Assembly (NCBI GenBank): GCA_964016885.1
Contig: OZ024741.1
Location: 39,742,001-39,806,000, forward strand
From: Eledone cirrhosa
Taxonomy: Eukaryota
Direction: 5' to 3'
Length of the DNA stretch: 64,000 bases
The notes beneath the pieces were generated by a model. The model saw only the letters and a program-made list of their open reading frames with translations. It did not search any database and had not been told where the DNA came from. Shown here piece after piece: positions 31,849-46,353 of the stretch; position 1 is the stretch's first letter; every line of letters starts with the position of its first letter. The translations under genes were made by a program, and so were the position numbers.

Positions 31849-32662
31849 ATAATTGTTTCTACTTTTGGCACAAGGCCAACAATTATCCCATTACATTACT
31901 GGTACTTTATTTTATCGACCCCGTAAGGATGAAAGACAAAGTTAACCTCGGCGGGATTTGAACTCAGAATATAAAGAGTGGTAACTCTTTGCTGCAAAGC
32001 ATGGCGTCCGATCCTCTACTGATACTGCCAATCCACTAATTCAGGGACAAGGTTATCAACCTGGGAAGAAGGGAAAGTCAATTATATCGACTCCAGCTCT
32101 TTACTGTTAATTCATGTTACTGACCTCGCAAGGATGGAGGGCAAAATTGGCCTCGGTGTATTTTGATGTCGGAACGAATATTGCTTGCTAAATATTTGTC
32201 CGACACTCAAAGCAGTCTCCCAATCCACCAGCTATCACTAATGATAATGATTTCTACTGTAGGCAGAAGGCCAACAATTTTGTGGGCGGGGAAAGTCTAT
32301 TAAATTGACCCCAGTGCATTAGTGGTACTCTATTATATTGACCCCGTAAAGATGAAAGGCAAAGTTAACCTCGGCGGAATTAGAAATCAGAAGGTAAAGG
32401 ACCATAACTATATGCTCTACAGCATATTGTCCGACGCTCTACCGATACTACCAATCCTCCGCCCTTCGATAATTGTTACTACTTTTGGCACAAGGCCAGC
32501 AATTACCCAGTTCATTACTGGTACTTTATTTTATCGACCCCGTAAGGATGAAAGACAAAGTTAACCTCGGCGGGATTTGAACTCAGATCATAAAGGGCCG
32601 TAACTCCATGCTGCAAAGCATGGCGTCCGACCCTCTGCCGATACTGCCAATCGCCCTTCAAT
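31849..32662 (-). mobile_element. Four head-to-tail SINE S1 copies
   Basis: ~31849-32036, 32040-32232 (degenerate), 32246-32466 and 32469-32662. Confidence 0.85.
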
Positions 32663-33430
32663 AATAATAATGACACAAATACGACTGCCATTCTCAATGG
32701 GGTATGATTTTGGAGAATGTAACATGAATATGCGAAGCGCTCTCCTTCGCTAGAGAGCGGTGTCTGCCATTTTATAATTTATAGATCGTCTGCTATATTT
32801 CTATTGGTTGTTTAGATAACAGTGTGTTAAACTCCGAGTATTGATGACTATGAGTAACTATGATGACTATAAGTAATGTTGTGTGCGGTAATTGGCTGGA
32901 TTTAATAAGTACCAGTAGTGTATTGAGGGTAAATTTGATTACCTAGAAACATAACCTGCAGACTTAAAAATCGTGTAACCGAATCAGTAATAATTAATAA
33001 TTAACTGCTTCCTACGTCTCCAGTTTCATATGTAAATACTACATACGTACATACATACAGACAGATAGGCAAACAGACACGCATACATATATACGTAAAT
33101 ATATACCATACATACATACGTTCAAACATTAATATAAATGTGTGTATATATATATATATGAAATATATATATATTATATATGTATATATACGTATATGTG
33201 AAGTGAAAACTGTCTGTGCATATATATATATACATGCAAATACATATATGTCAATATCTATATATCTCTCTCTATATATATGTATATATATATATATATG
33301 TGGGGGGGGGGGTGCATATATATATATATATATATATGTATATATGTTTATATATATATATGTATATATTCCGTCTCCAGGTGTAAATCACTAACTATCC
33401 TCATATGCAAAGAATAGTGATCAACTAGTG

Positions 33431-33636
33431 TTATTTAATTACTATTCAAATTTTTATATAGATTTATATGTAGGCTCGATAAAGATTGTAATATATATAT
33501 AATTATGTATAAACCGGTAGAGCAAATATTTATTATATGCACAGATTTAGGTTTAAGCAAAGAATTTTTGCTTTCACCTAATAGAAGAAGTTATGAAAAC
33601 ACACTGTGAAAGCAGAAATACTTTGCTTAAATTTAA
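33431..33636. mobile_element. Family G fold-back fragment
   Basis: tttaagcaaagaatttttgctttcac and inverted gtgaaagcagaaatactttgcttaaa. Confidence 0.55.
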
Positions 33637-33798
33637 TCGGTACAAATAATAAATAAATGAATATATATATTGTTTATATATATATATATATATGTATGTA
33701 TACACACACAAACACACACACATATATATATACCAATATATATGTGTATATATATATACATAAGCGTATATATACACATGTATGTGCGTGTGTATGTG

Positions 33799-33879
<81 letters not shown>

Positions 33880-34022
33880 CCAAACATTAATTTGGTTCAT
33901 TGATTACTCAATGAATATAGTTTAACAATAGGTTAAAAGCACTCCACAGTGAAGTTTTCTGGAGTTATTAATATTATTCAAAATATTAATAAATGAAGAC
34001 ATTCACATAATCAAAATATATG

Positions 34023-34084
34023 TTTTATTATATATATTTCGGAGGTACTGTGCTGTTTTTTCAGTACGTCCTCGTCAGATAAAA
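34023..34084 (-). ncRNA. Type I hammerhead ribozyme (family C)
   Basis: TTTTAT-CTGACGA-GGA-C-GTACTG...CAGTAC-C-TCC-GAAA-TATATATA-ATAAAA. Confidence 0.8.
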
Positions 34085-34118
34085 TACAGTTGAGGTATGT
34101 CATACATCAATTCATGTA

Positions 34119-34180
34119 TTTTATCTGACGAGGACGTAGTGAAAAAACAGCACAGTACCTCAGAAATATATATAATAAAA
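34119..34180 (+). ncRNA. Type I hammerhead ribozyme (family C, inverted arm)
   Basis: Same motif with two stem II substitutions. Confidence 0.7.
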
Positions 34181-34224
34181 CATATATTTTGATTATGTGA
34201 ATGTCTTCATTTATTAATATTTTG

Positions 34225-34473
<249 letters not shown>

Positions 34474-34805
34474 ATATATACACACGCATATATGTGTTTG
34501 TGCGTATGTGTGTATGCGTGTATGTGTGTATGTGTGTTGAATTGCAATAATTAGTTCATCTCAGTGGGATATTTTCCAGAACTAAATGTCCATTAATTAT
34601 TCCAATATTAATTAATTCAATATTTAGCTCTACAAAGGGAAACAGAAAAAATGTAGAAATATACACAATATATAAAATACCTAAAAATAAAACTAATAAA
34701 CAGCGCAAGAGTAAATGTATGTATGTATGTATATGTATGTATGTAAATGCATGTATGTATATGCATGTATGCATATATGTATGTATATGTATGTATGTAT
34801 GTATG

Positions 34806-34891
<86 letters not shown>

Positions 34892-34925
34892 CCTATATAC
34901 ACGCACAAACACACGCATATATATA

Positions 34926-34994
<69 letters not shown>

Positions 34995-35460
34995 GGTCCT
35001 ACATATATGTATGTATGTATGTATCAAGGAAACAAGAAACGAATAAGAAGATGCATTAACATAAAGTCATATTAGTTTCACGCTTAAAAGAAAGTGTATA
35101 TATATACAAGTATATATAAATACATGTAAACATCACGAGATTACAAGCCGGGTTTGGAATTTGAAAATGGAATTGAATAAATAACGTTGCCGTTTTTTTT
35201 TTTTACTACAAAAACTAGTCTAAGTTATTTCTGTATTTCGAAGCTCTTAGAAGGGAACATATATACACAAAAATATACGTCGGAACACGTGTGCTAGCAG
35301 GTTACACAAGCTTCAAAACCTGGTTTATTTGGTAAATTTAGAAACTATTTTGCTGCTTTACATTGGGGAATGCTTCATCCAATAGTTGATAAACGGCTTC
35401 ATACAATGCTTGTACCATAGTCATATTTAGTTAAAAATTACATTTATATGTATATATAGG

Positions 35461-35493
<33 letters not shown>

Positions 35494-35564
35494 CATCCAC
35501 TACCTGGAATACCATAACTGGACTTTACCTAAGTGGACTGCATTTAACTATTATTTGTTACCCC

Positions 35565-35596
<32 letters not shown>

Positions 35597-35598
<2 letters not shown>

Positions 35599-35787
35599 CA
35601 AAGGAATTGTGGTAAGGGTAAGGAATCAGATGGACCATAACGCGCCAGAGTACTCAATACTTAGGGTTGTAGAGGAGTGTGAAATAGGAAAATGTATGAC
35701 CTCGACGGCAGAGCTCAAGCCGTTTTGAGCAGTCCAGAAATAGCCGTCGAAACGGCTTGAGCTCTGCCGTCGGGGTCATACTTTTTC

Positions 35788-35789
<2 letters not shown>
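35597..35789. mobile_element. Family A fold-back copy
   Basis: Junction gagc|agtccagaaatagcc. Confidence 0.85.
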
Positions 35790-35852
<63 letters not shown>

Positions 35853-36003
35853 CATATATATATGGTGTGGTTATAGTAAACATATATATATACAAATTTT
35901 AATATAGCTGAAAATGTTTAATTAATCGCTCAACGGGTTTACATATATATATACATACAAACTTTATCGAGTCCTCTCTGGATTTTGGTCTTTGTATATA
36001 TTC

Positions 36004-36190
36004 GGTGGCTTGGCAGTATCGGTAGAGGGTCGGACGCCATGCTTTGAAGCATAGTTACGTCCCTTTACGATCTGAGTTCAAATCCCGCCGAGGTTGACTT
36101 TGCCTTTCATCCTTACGGGGTCGATAAAATAAAGTACCAGTAATGCACTGGGTATTGCTGGCCTTGTGCCTAAAGTAGAAACAATTATTA
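36004..36190 (+). mobile_element. SINE S1
   Basis: A-box, B-box, central domain and tail. Confidence 0.85.
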
Positions 36191-36518
36191 GTTTATATAT
36201 ACATCTCTCTCTCTCTATATATATATAATATACATATATATATATATAAATATATGTAAACAACACCTAATAAGAAACCTGCGGAGGTAGTTGATAATTG
36301 AAGTGAATGAGTAAATTTAAAGTATTGTTTGTCTACAGGGAATTGTCTAATAATAGAATAGCATTAATGCGGTCTGGGTTCCATTCTTGCGTAGGAGGTT
36401 GACCTTTTGACCGACATAGGGGTTTCATGCGGTCAGTTCTTATTAGAGTATTCTCTGTAGATAAACATTGCTGCACAATTATTAATTCAATAAATAAATA
36501 TATATATATATATGTATA

Positions 36519-36620
36519 GGAAAAAGTTAAACTTTTTCCTATTATCCACTCTAGTACTCTACGTTTTGAGTACTCTTGTGCGTTATGGTCCAGATGGTCC
36601 CATACCACACTTCCTTCATT
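36519..36620 (+). mobile_element. Family A deleted copy
   Basis: ggaaaaagtt|aactttttcc mini fold-back plus tail. Confidence 0.7.
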
Positions 36621-36679
<59 letters not shown>

Positions 36680-36724
36680 CTGTATATATTTATATTTATA
36701 GATATATATATTTATATATATATG

Positions 36725-36758
<34 letters not shown>

Positions 36759-36803
36759 CTGTATATATTTATATTTATAGATATATATATTTATATATAT
36801 ATG

Positions 36804-36837
<34 letters not shown>

Positions 36838-36936
36838 CTGTATATATTTATATTTATAGATATATATATTTATATATATATGTATATATATATATATTTA
36901 TATATATACTGTATATATATATATATATACTGTATA

Positions 36937-36978
<42 letters not shown>

Positions 36979-37002
36979 AATATAAATATAAATATATACA
37001 GT

Positions 37003-37033
<31 letters not shown>

Positions 37034-37216
37034 CATATGTTTGTATATAATTTATAAATATACATTTATTTATGTTTATATATATATATATGCATACATA
37101 TATACATATATATATATAATTGGATGGTTAGTAAAATCGAATCATTGGCGGTGTGCAAGCAAATTCGACCTACTATATGAATGATATATATATATATATA
37201 TATAAATATATATACA

Positions 37217-37446
37217 GAGGTTATATTTAATTTGTTGGGATTCAACAAGCTTAAAAATGTGTATAACTGATATAAAGCACTCAACAAGTTAGTGGAGTAA
37301 ATATATTTTCCGAGTATGTTAATATTTATTTATAAAACAAATCTGTATGTTATCTGATGAAAGCGCACCATAATTTACCTTGGTCGCCCTTGAAATATAT
37401 ATGAAATAATTATGGTTTTATAAATATTGTTTCCATTTATTAATAT

Positions 37447-37450
<4 letters not shown>
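37217..37450. mobile_element. Family D copy with inverted, degenerate hammerhead (37348-37409 +)
   Basis: CTGATGA-AAG-C-GCACCA...TGGTCGC-C-CTT-GAAA. Confidence 0.7.
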
Positions 37451-37498
<48 letters not shown>

Positions 37499-37500
<2 letters not shown>

Positions 37501-37789
37501 AACCAGTAAGACCCCGAGAGCTGAGCTCAAGCCGTTTCGACGGCTAATTCTGGACTGTATATATATATATATATAAATATATATACAGTCCAGAATTAGC
37601 CGTCGAAACGGCTTGAGCTCAGCTGTCGGGGTCTTACTGGTTCCTATTACCCACTCTACTACCTCAAGTATCGAGTACTTTGGGGCGTTATGGTCCACCT
37701 GGTTCCTTACCACATTTCCTTCGTTATATATATATATATATATACGTACGTACAGAAACATGTATATATATTCTACACACACACACATA

Positions 37790-37836
<47 letters not shown>

Positions 37837-38020
37837 CGAAGGAGTTGTGGTAGGAACCAGATGGACCATAACGCACCAGAGTACTTAATACTTAGGGTAG
37901 TAGAGTGGGAAATAGGAGAAAGTATGTCCCCGACGACAGAGCTCAAGCCGTTTCGACGGCTATTTCTGAACTCAAAATAGTCCAGAAATAGCCGTCGAAA
38001 CGGCTTAAGCTCTGCCGTCG
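37499..38020. mobile_element. Two family A fold-back copies (37499-37725, 37835-38020)
   Basis: The first has (TA)n between its arms. The second has junction ctgaactcaaaat|agtcc. Confidence 0.85.
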
Positions 38021-38043
38021 TATATATGTATATATATAGATAA

Positions 38044-38146
<103 letters not shown>

Positions 38147-38147
38147 C

Positions 38148-38264
<117 letters not shown>

Positions 38265-38278
38265 TACATATATATATT

Positions 38279-38371
<93 letters not shown>

Positions 38372-38384
38372 CCAAGATTTATTT

Positions 38385-38415
<31 letters not shown>

Positions 38416-38664
38416 TGTGATAACATCGTTCTTTCTATACAACAGTTACGAAAAGAATGGGATATGTAATCATTTATGACTGATTCTAGTAATAGTAGTA
38501 GTAGTAGTAGTAGTAGTAGTATTATTATTATTATTATTAGTAGTAGTAGTAGTAGTAGTAGTGGTGGAGGTGGTGGTGGTTGTGGTGTATATATTTCTTT
38601 AAGGAGGTGAAATCTGAACCATGAATTGTTTTTAGATTTACTGCAACAAATAATGTAAATGTAA

Positions 38665-38822
<158 letters not shown>

Positions 38823-38951
38823 TTACTCTTTTACTTTTTAACATGTTCCAGCCATCCGGCTGAGGCCATGCTGGGGCACCGCTCTTATATATATATGTTA
38901 TATATATATATAAATATATGTATATCAATATCTATATATATATACATATAA

Positions 38952-39492
38952 GTTATTCCGGGTTGAATCGGAGGTAACCACAGCAAGTAAAGTACTCAAT
39001 ACATAGCAGAGTATAAAAGTTTTAATATAGATGAGATTCTACAAGACTAGAACTGTTTGATACTTTAGAAATCATCAGGAATCTGGCTTTCCAAAATAAA
39101 TGTTGTGATATTTATATCTTTTCAGGTGTTAGGAGAGGGTGGGGAGTGGGATGCGTGGAGGTCATTGGTTGAAAGAAAAGGGAATTCATTAAAAACTAAT
39201 TCTTTAAGGCTATAATTTATATTTAGAGTGACAAAGGCAGAGAGAATTCTATAAACAAGTTCAGAATGGGGTGCCACTCCTTATTTTTAAGTTTCTCTTA
39301 AGCTAACAATGCCTATATTTCAGGTGTCTATAAGATGGTTGGGGTCGGTCAATTCTTTAAAACCTAATTCTTTAAAGTTCTACTTAGAGTGACAAAGGTC
39401 AAGAGAATTCTATAAACCAGTTCAAAATATTGGGTGCCTATCATATTATTATTGTCATATTTCTCTTAAGCTATATTCCAGGTGTCAACAGA
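38952..39492 (-). mobile_element. Family B long arm (hammerhead 39034-39084, GAAA>CAAA)
   Basis: Tail, ribozyme and internally duplicated upstream region. Confidence 0.85.
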
Positions 39493-39537
39493 CACATTCA
39501 CATACATCCCCCCCCCACCTCACCCCAGCCCCACACA

Positions 39538-39597
<60 letters not shown>

Positions 39598-39743
39598 TAA
39601 TTAGTTGGGAGTGAAATTTTAGTAAGTTAATTTTATAATTGTCTTATTTTACGTCTCTCATATATACATATATATATATACACATATACAAACATATATA
39701 TATATACATACTCATATATATATACATACACATACACACACAC

Positions 39744-39809
<66 letters not shown>

Positions 39810-39957
39810 AATATACACATATAAAAACATATACAAACACATCTACAGAAATACACTTATATACACATATACAAAATACATAAACACATACACAAATATA
39901 TATATATATATAGTGACGAAACATAAGTCAATTGCATGAACTCATAATCCTTTATTT

Positions 39958-40013
39958 ACTGCTATATATATTTCGATGATAGCAATTGAATGGCTATGAC
40001 CTCATCAGGCAGT
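39958..40013 (-). ncRNA. Type I hammerhead ribozyme (family E copy 39912-40077)
   Basis: ACTGC-CTGATGA-GGT-C-ATAGC..GCTAT-C-ATC-GAAA-TATATATA-GCAGT. Confidence 0.8.
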
Positions 40014-40218
40014 TAGTCAGTTCTTAGATATGCCAGCTCTGTGTGCATAGTGTTGATGATATCAGAGCCTTGGGACATATATATATATATATGTGTGTGT
40101 ATATATATATATATATATATACCCCACTCTCCTGAGCGTGAATTTTATAAACATTTATCGTACTGCCTCTCTGTTCTGTCCCTGTTCAATTTTTCATTAT
40201 ATATATATATATATATAC

Positions 40219-40314
<96 letters not shown>

Positions 40315-40404
40315 GTATATATATCATAAACCATGTCTATAGAATCACCGTTGCAAAACACGTATATGTATGTATGTATATATATATATATATATATATG
40401 TAAA

Positions 40405-40463
<59 letters not shown>

Positions 40464-40466
40464 ATA

Positions 40467-40514
<48 letters not shown>

Positions 40515-40547
40515 GTGTGTGTGTGTGTGCATGTATATATATATGAG

Positions 40548-40652
<105 letters not shown>

Positions 40653-40679
40653 ATGGGTGTGTGTGTGTATGTGAATCTG

Positions 40680-41185
40680 TCTGTTGATAACGGGAGTATA
40701 GCTTAAGAGAAATATGACAATAATAATATGATAGGCACCCAATATTTTGAACAGGTTTATAGAATTCTCTTGGCCTTTGTCACTCTAAGTAGAACCTTAA
40801 AGAATTAGCTTTTAAAGAATTTTCCTTTTCTTTAAATCCATCAACCATGACCGCCCCCCCAACCATTTTATAGACACCTGAAATATAGGCATTGTTAGCT
40901 TAAGAGAAACTTAAAAATAAGGAGTGGCACCCCATTCTGAACTTGTTTATAGAATTTTCTCTGCCTTTGTCACTCTAAATATAAATTATAGCTTTAAAGA
41001 ATTAGCTTTTAATGAATTCCCTTTTCTATCAACCAATGACCTCCACGCATCCCACTCCCCACCCTCTCCTACCACCTAGTAAGATATAAATACCACCACA
41101 TTTATTTTTGGAAAGCCAGATTCCTGATGATTTCTAAAGAATCAAACAATTCTAGTCCTGTAGAATCTCATCTATATTAAAACTA
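40680..41185 (+). mobile_element. Family B inverted arm (hammerhead 41118-41168, GAAA>CAAA)
   Basis: Approximate reverse complement of 39015-39492. Confidence 0.85.
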
Positions 41186-41189
41186 TATA

Positions 41190-41272
<83 letters not shown>

Positions 41273-41514
41273 GAAGGAGAGAGAAAGAGAGAGGGGGAGC
41301 GATGCATGCATACATACATACACACCTGTGTGGGTATATAAACGAAATTACAATCAACACAATTTCGAAGATGAGAATATGTATACTAAATGACCGCATA
41401 TATCTATTTGTGTATGTGTGTATATATAAGTGTGTGTCTGCGTGTGTATGTGTCTTCTCGGAGACACCTATTTACATAGACTCACACACATACTCTTCCC
41501 TAGTATAGACTGAT

Positions 41515-41617
<103 letters not shown>

Positions 41618-41814
41618 CACACACACACACACAAGCATACACACACCACGTAATGTGTTAAAAATTATGGTCCCATTTAGTATTGAATTTACTGTCTACG
41701 ATTTAAGTTGAAATGTGGGCGAAGGGGACAATATTTTTTTCATTTTTCCGAGGTTATCTATTAAATATAATTGAATAAACTATTCCTTTTCACTGCGCTT
41801 GCTTAAACTCATGA

Positions 41815-42055
41815 TAGTAAGGCACCGGGTTCAAGTCCCGACTAGGTGTTTCGCTCTTGTGCTATACATATTAATTTAGGGTGCACCATTCCACTCAGCT
41901 GGCAGAAACGAGTTGTATCTGTAATTAAAAGAACTGGCCTTATTACACACTGTGTCACGTTGAATCATCACGAGAATAACGTTTAAGGCATACATGGTGC
42001 TTGTGGATTGCTCTGTTACCTGCAGATTAATTCGCGCGCAAGCTTTTCTGTTTTT
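41815..42055 (+). mobile_element. tRNA-derived SINE S2 (degenerate)
   Basis: gggttcaagtccc B-box, and cactcagctggca.aaa.gagttgta shared with 49826-49852. Confidence 0.6.
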
Positions 42056-42279
42056 CAAACAACTTCAACACACGACCATATTGGTATTCCTCCGCCAATA
42101 TTAGAACTATTTTTGCCCCGTAAATTAGGTGACACGTGAACACAACACGCACCTGGATTCTTTATCTTAATCTTAATCTTTATCTTCATCAATACAAGAT
42201 ATCCCACCTGATGGACATTTGAAAGTCGTCGTCATCAGCATCTTATATATATATCAATGCACTTATTTGTGTTTTTTTA

Positions 42280-42367
<88 letters not shown>

Positions 42368-42501
42368 AGAAAAACCACAGACCCTCCATCTCAACTCTAC
42401 TTTTGAAAAGAAGAACTGCGAAACTGGTAAAGGAACCAAATAAATTTATATATTTTTTTAAAAATAAGACTCCAGTTGCATTTTCGATTTCATCTTTTTT
42501 T

Positions 42502-42552
<51 letters not shown>

Positions 42553-42594
42553 TATATATATACATATATATACATACATATACATATATATGTA

Positions 42595-42654
<60 letters not shown>

Positions 42655-42664
<10 letters not shown>

Positions 42665-42981
42665 ATAAACAACATAAGGCAATTATTCCATTTACGAGTG
42701 GTTTCTTAAAAGCAAAAGATTTTGCTTTCAATCCTCAGAATGAAAAAATCCTGGTCTGTTTATTGAATTTGGATTTTAAAAAAAACTGTTGTTTTTAAAA
42801 TCCAAATTCAATAAACAGACCAGGATTTTTTCATTCTGAGGATTGAAAGCAAAATCTTTTGCTTTTAAGAAACCACTGGTAAATGGAATAATTGCCTTAT
42901 GTTGTTTATTAACTAACTATTAAGCTCTGTTACCTACATAGAGCACTCTTTTTTCCTGGACTTTTCCGACGGAATTACTTC

Positions 42982-42985
<4 letters not shown>
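42655..42985. mobile_element. (TA)n-flanked fold-back element with ~128-bp near-perfect arms
   Basis: 42655-42782 versus 42792-42920 with one mismatch seen, and an unpaired tail 42921-42985. Confidence 0.85.
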
Positions 42986-43034
<49 letters not shown>

Positions 43035-43397
43035 GAGAGAGAGAGATAGATATACGTATATATATGATATATATAAATATATGATATATATATATATATG
43101 ATATATATATATACATTTATATATATGGGTGTGTATGTGTTGGTATGTTGGTATATGAATGTGTTTATAAACACAAATCTTTGTTTTTGCAGATCTGTGT
43201 GCCATGTGTGCGGATACTTTCGATATTTGTAGATATGCGTGAATGAGTGTGTGTGTGTCTGTGTCTCTGTGTGTGTCTGTGTGTGTGCCCGTGAGTGTGT
43301 GTGAGCATTTTGCTTACCAATGATATTTTGCGTAATCAGCTACTCTCTTGAGCATGTAGGCACATATATATATGTATATATATGTATATATAGATAT

Positions 43398-43454
<57 letters not shown>

Positions 43455-43467
43455 TATAGATATATAC

Positions 43468-43514
<47 letters not shown>

Positions 43515-43545
43515 TATATACATATATATATACATATATATATAC

Positions 43546-43596
<51 letters not shown>

Positions 43597-43605
43597 TATA
43601 TACAC

Positions 43606-43648
<43 letters not shown>

Positions 43649-43714
43649 TGCGTGCGTATGTGTGTGTGTGTGTGTTTGTCGGTGTCTGCGTGTGTACGTA
43701 TTTATGTGTGACGG

Positions 43715-44032
43715 TGCATGTCTCAGTTATTAGACCGTTGGGTCTGCAATCGGAGCGGGTGGTGTGTTGTGTCCTTAGGCGATACATTTTATTTCAAGTT
43801 ACTCCACTTCACTCAGCTGTAGAAATGAGTTGCCATGTCACTAGTGCCAAGCTGCATCAGCCTTTACTGTTTCCGTTGGACAAACTCGGTGGCGTGGAGA
43901 GGAGAGACTGGTATGCATGGGTGACTGCTGGTCTTCCAAAAACAGCCATGCCCGGACTTGTTCCTCGGAGTAGAACTCTCTATGTACAAATCCCATGGTC
44001 ATTCGTGGCCGAAGGGGGTTTTACCATTTACC
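43715..44032 (+). mobile_element. SINE S3
   Basis: gtgtccttaggc..acattttatttc..cactcagctg core. The tail resembles 52500-52650. Confidence 0.6.
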
Positions 44033-44051
44033 CAGAATATATATATATATT

Positions 44052-44326
44052 ATAAAATAACAGGAGGCTGGAGTGGTGTAATTCCTTAACAGGTTTATTA
44101 TACTAATCTCATTTCACTGACCGGTGACATCATCAGGTATTCGAAATTTAACAAAGGAATATAATAGACAACATCCATGTGGTTGAAAATCAGAGACAAG
44201 AGGGCGGCCGAACCTTTAGCAGCTTCTAGCCCAGTCAGCTGCCCTCAAGTGATGATTATTAAGTCTTCTTATGTCCTTCTGGTGAAGGGGCGTAGGCTTA
44301 TAATGTACTATAACGAACAGACCTAA

Positions 44327-44330
<4 letters not shown>
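44052..44330 (-). mobile_element. (TA)n-flanked element with minimal hammerhead (44100-44140)
   Basis: ATAC-CTGATGA-TGTCACCGGTCAGT-GAAA-TGAGATTA-GTAT on minus. Confidence 0.55.
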
Positions 44331-44408
<78 letters not shown>

Positions 44409-44638
44409 AAGAAGAAAGCGGGGCTGTGTAGTTGTTGCATAAGGTGTACTTATAAATAAGAGGAAAGCACGATATTGTATATATATGGAATGGCCAAATA
44501 AGGTTTATTTTCAACGTAGTCTCTAGAAAGAAACAACGAAGTTATTAATAAAGATAGTTGATATTAATGCATGCAAGATTACACAACTCTAACATCACTC
44601 CTTCATATTCCCTCTATGAACCTTTCAGCCAACCCTCG

Positions 44639-44752
<114 letters not shown>

Positions 44753-45462
44753 CATATATATATATTTATATTCATATGCGTATATAGGCATATATATTCA
44801 TTCATACACATTGACTATATTACCAAATAATTCTTCTGAAATTTGGGAGGAGTGCATCCCGCCAGAGGAAGGAGCCACGTGAAGTGGCGTGGCTGATACA
44901 ACGAGTGCTGCTGACTGATCTCGGCGGCTATGCCTTCGCCATTTTGTTTGCGGGGTGCAGCTAAAATATACCGCCTTGACTGAGGTGTAGAGTCTGCCGC
45001 TTTCTCTTCATCTCCTCTTACTTTCGCTATTTAAAGTGTTTTGTCTTTCTTTGTCTTTTTATTTTGCAAACATTATATAATCCAACTGAAATTTGTTGAA
45101 GAAATTTAGTTGAAGGTTATTACCAAAGCTGCTTAACGGATGTGAGACAAGTGGATAGTAAAAATAACAAAGACAAATATATTACAATGAAATGAAATAA
45201 AATAACAAAGAAAAAAACATTCCTCGTATGTCACATATATTTAATGAAACATATTTCTACGCTACTTACTAAAGCTAATGTAAACAGTGGTATGGTGGAA
45301 GAGAAATATAGTGCACACCCGGAAGGTTAAAGATGTCTGAGACAATTCGTTTGATATTTTGGTATCATGCACTTTACATATTTTAATTTTGCTCTCTCTT
45401 TCAAGTAGGTTACACATACTTCAGTCTTTTACCCTCGCAATATTATATTAATCTCTTTCTAA

Positions 45463-45684
45463 GGTGGTGGATTGGCAGTACCGGTAGAGCGTTGGACAAC
45501 ATGCTTTTTGGCATAGGGTTACGCCCACTTACCACCTGAGTTCAAATCCTGCCGAGGTTAACTTTGCTTTTCATCCTTACGGGGTCGATAAAATAAAGTC
45601 TTAGTAATACACTGGGGTCGATTTAATCGACTTTCCCTTCCCCGAAATTGTTGGCCTTGTGCCTAACTTAGAAACCAATATTAT
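45463..45684 (+). mobile_element. SINE S1 full length
   Basis: A-box, B-box, central domain and tail. Confidence 0.85.
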
Positions 45685-46353
45685 ATTAATCTCAATCTAT
45701 GAGTCAGAACAGCCTGTTCATGGAATTATCGTACCAGTGGCTCAGCATTTCACAATCACGTGTAAATTTAACTTAACTATCAAGTAGAATTTGCGCGTCA
45801 TTTTGTAAGATGGGGTTTGCAAATTACTGGTACAGTCCATTTAACAAGCTTCCAAGCAATTTCTGTCTACCCAATTGCATTCGAAGTCATAACGTCCCAC
45901 TTTCCTTTCGACTACGTGGCATTTTGGATGTGTGTTATTGGGAAAGCGCGTCGGATGGATTCATCCGTAATTCCAATATATAGATTTGACACACATTCTG
46001 TCTCGCTGGCTCGATTTAGAAATTATGTTATGGGTACACGTGTCTATGGAATACTCAAAAACCTATTACTTCACAAGAGGGACATTCGGTTGATCGAACA
46101 TTGTCACCCAGGCTTGGCAAGTGTCCGTATACAAAGAGCACAGAGCTGAGGCTTGCTACGAAGTTTACGTATATAATGTATGTCGGTTAAATATGACATT
46201 TAGTCTTTTTTTTTTTTTTTCTTGATTCTCACAATTATGTTTTATTTATTCCATGTTGTACATATTAACATAATTCATGTTATATATAATGAATATGAAA
46301 TATTCAAAAGAAAACAAAATCAATAAAAATCAATGAAAGGAAAAGAAAGTAAC

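Noticed and set aside
36675-36950. ~79-bp TA-derived tandem units
   Set aside because: Ordinary microsatellite-derived duplication.
40895-40975. GIY-YIG-like ending in the family B upstream region
   Set aside because: It needs multiple frameshifts, so it is too weak.
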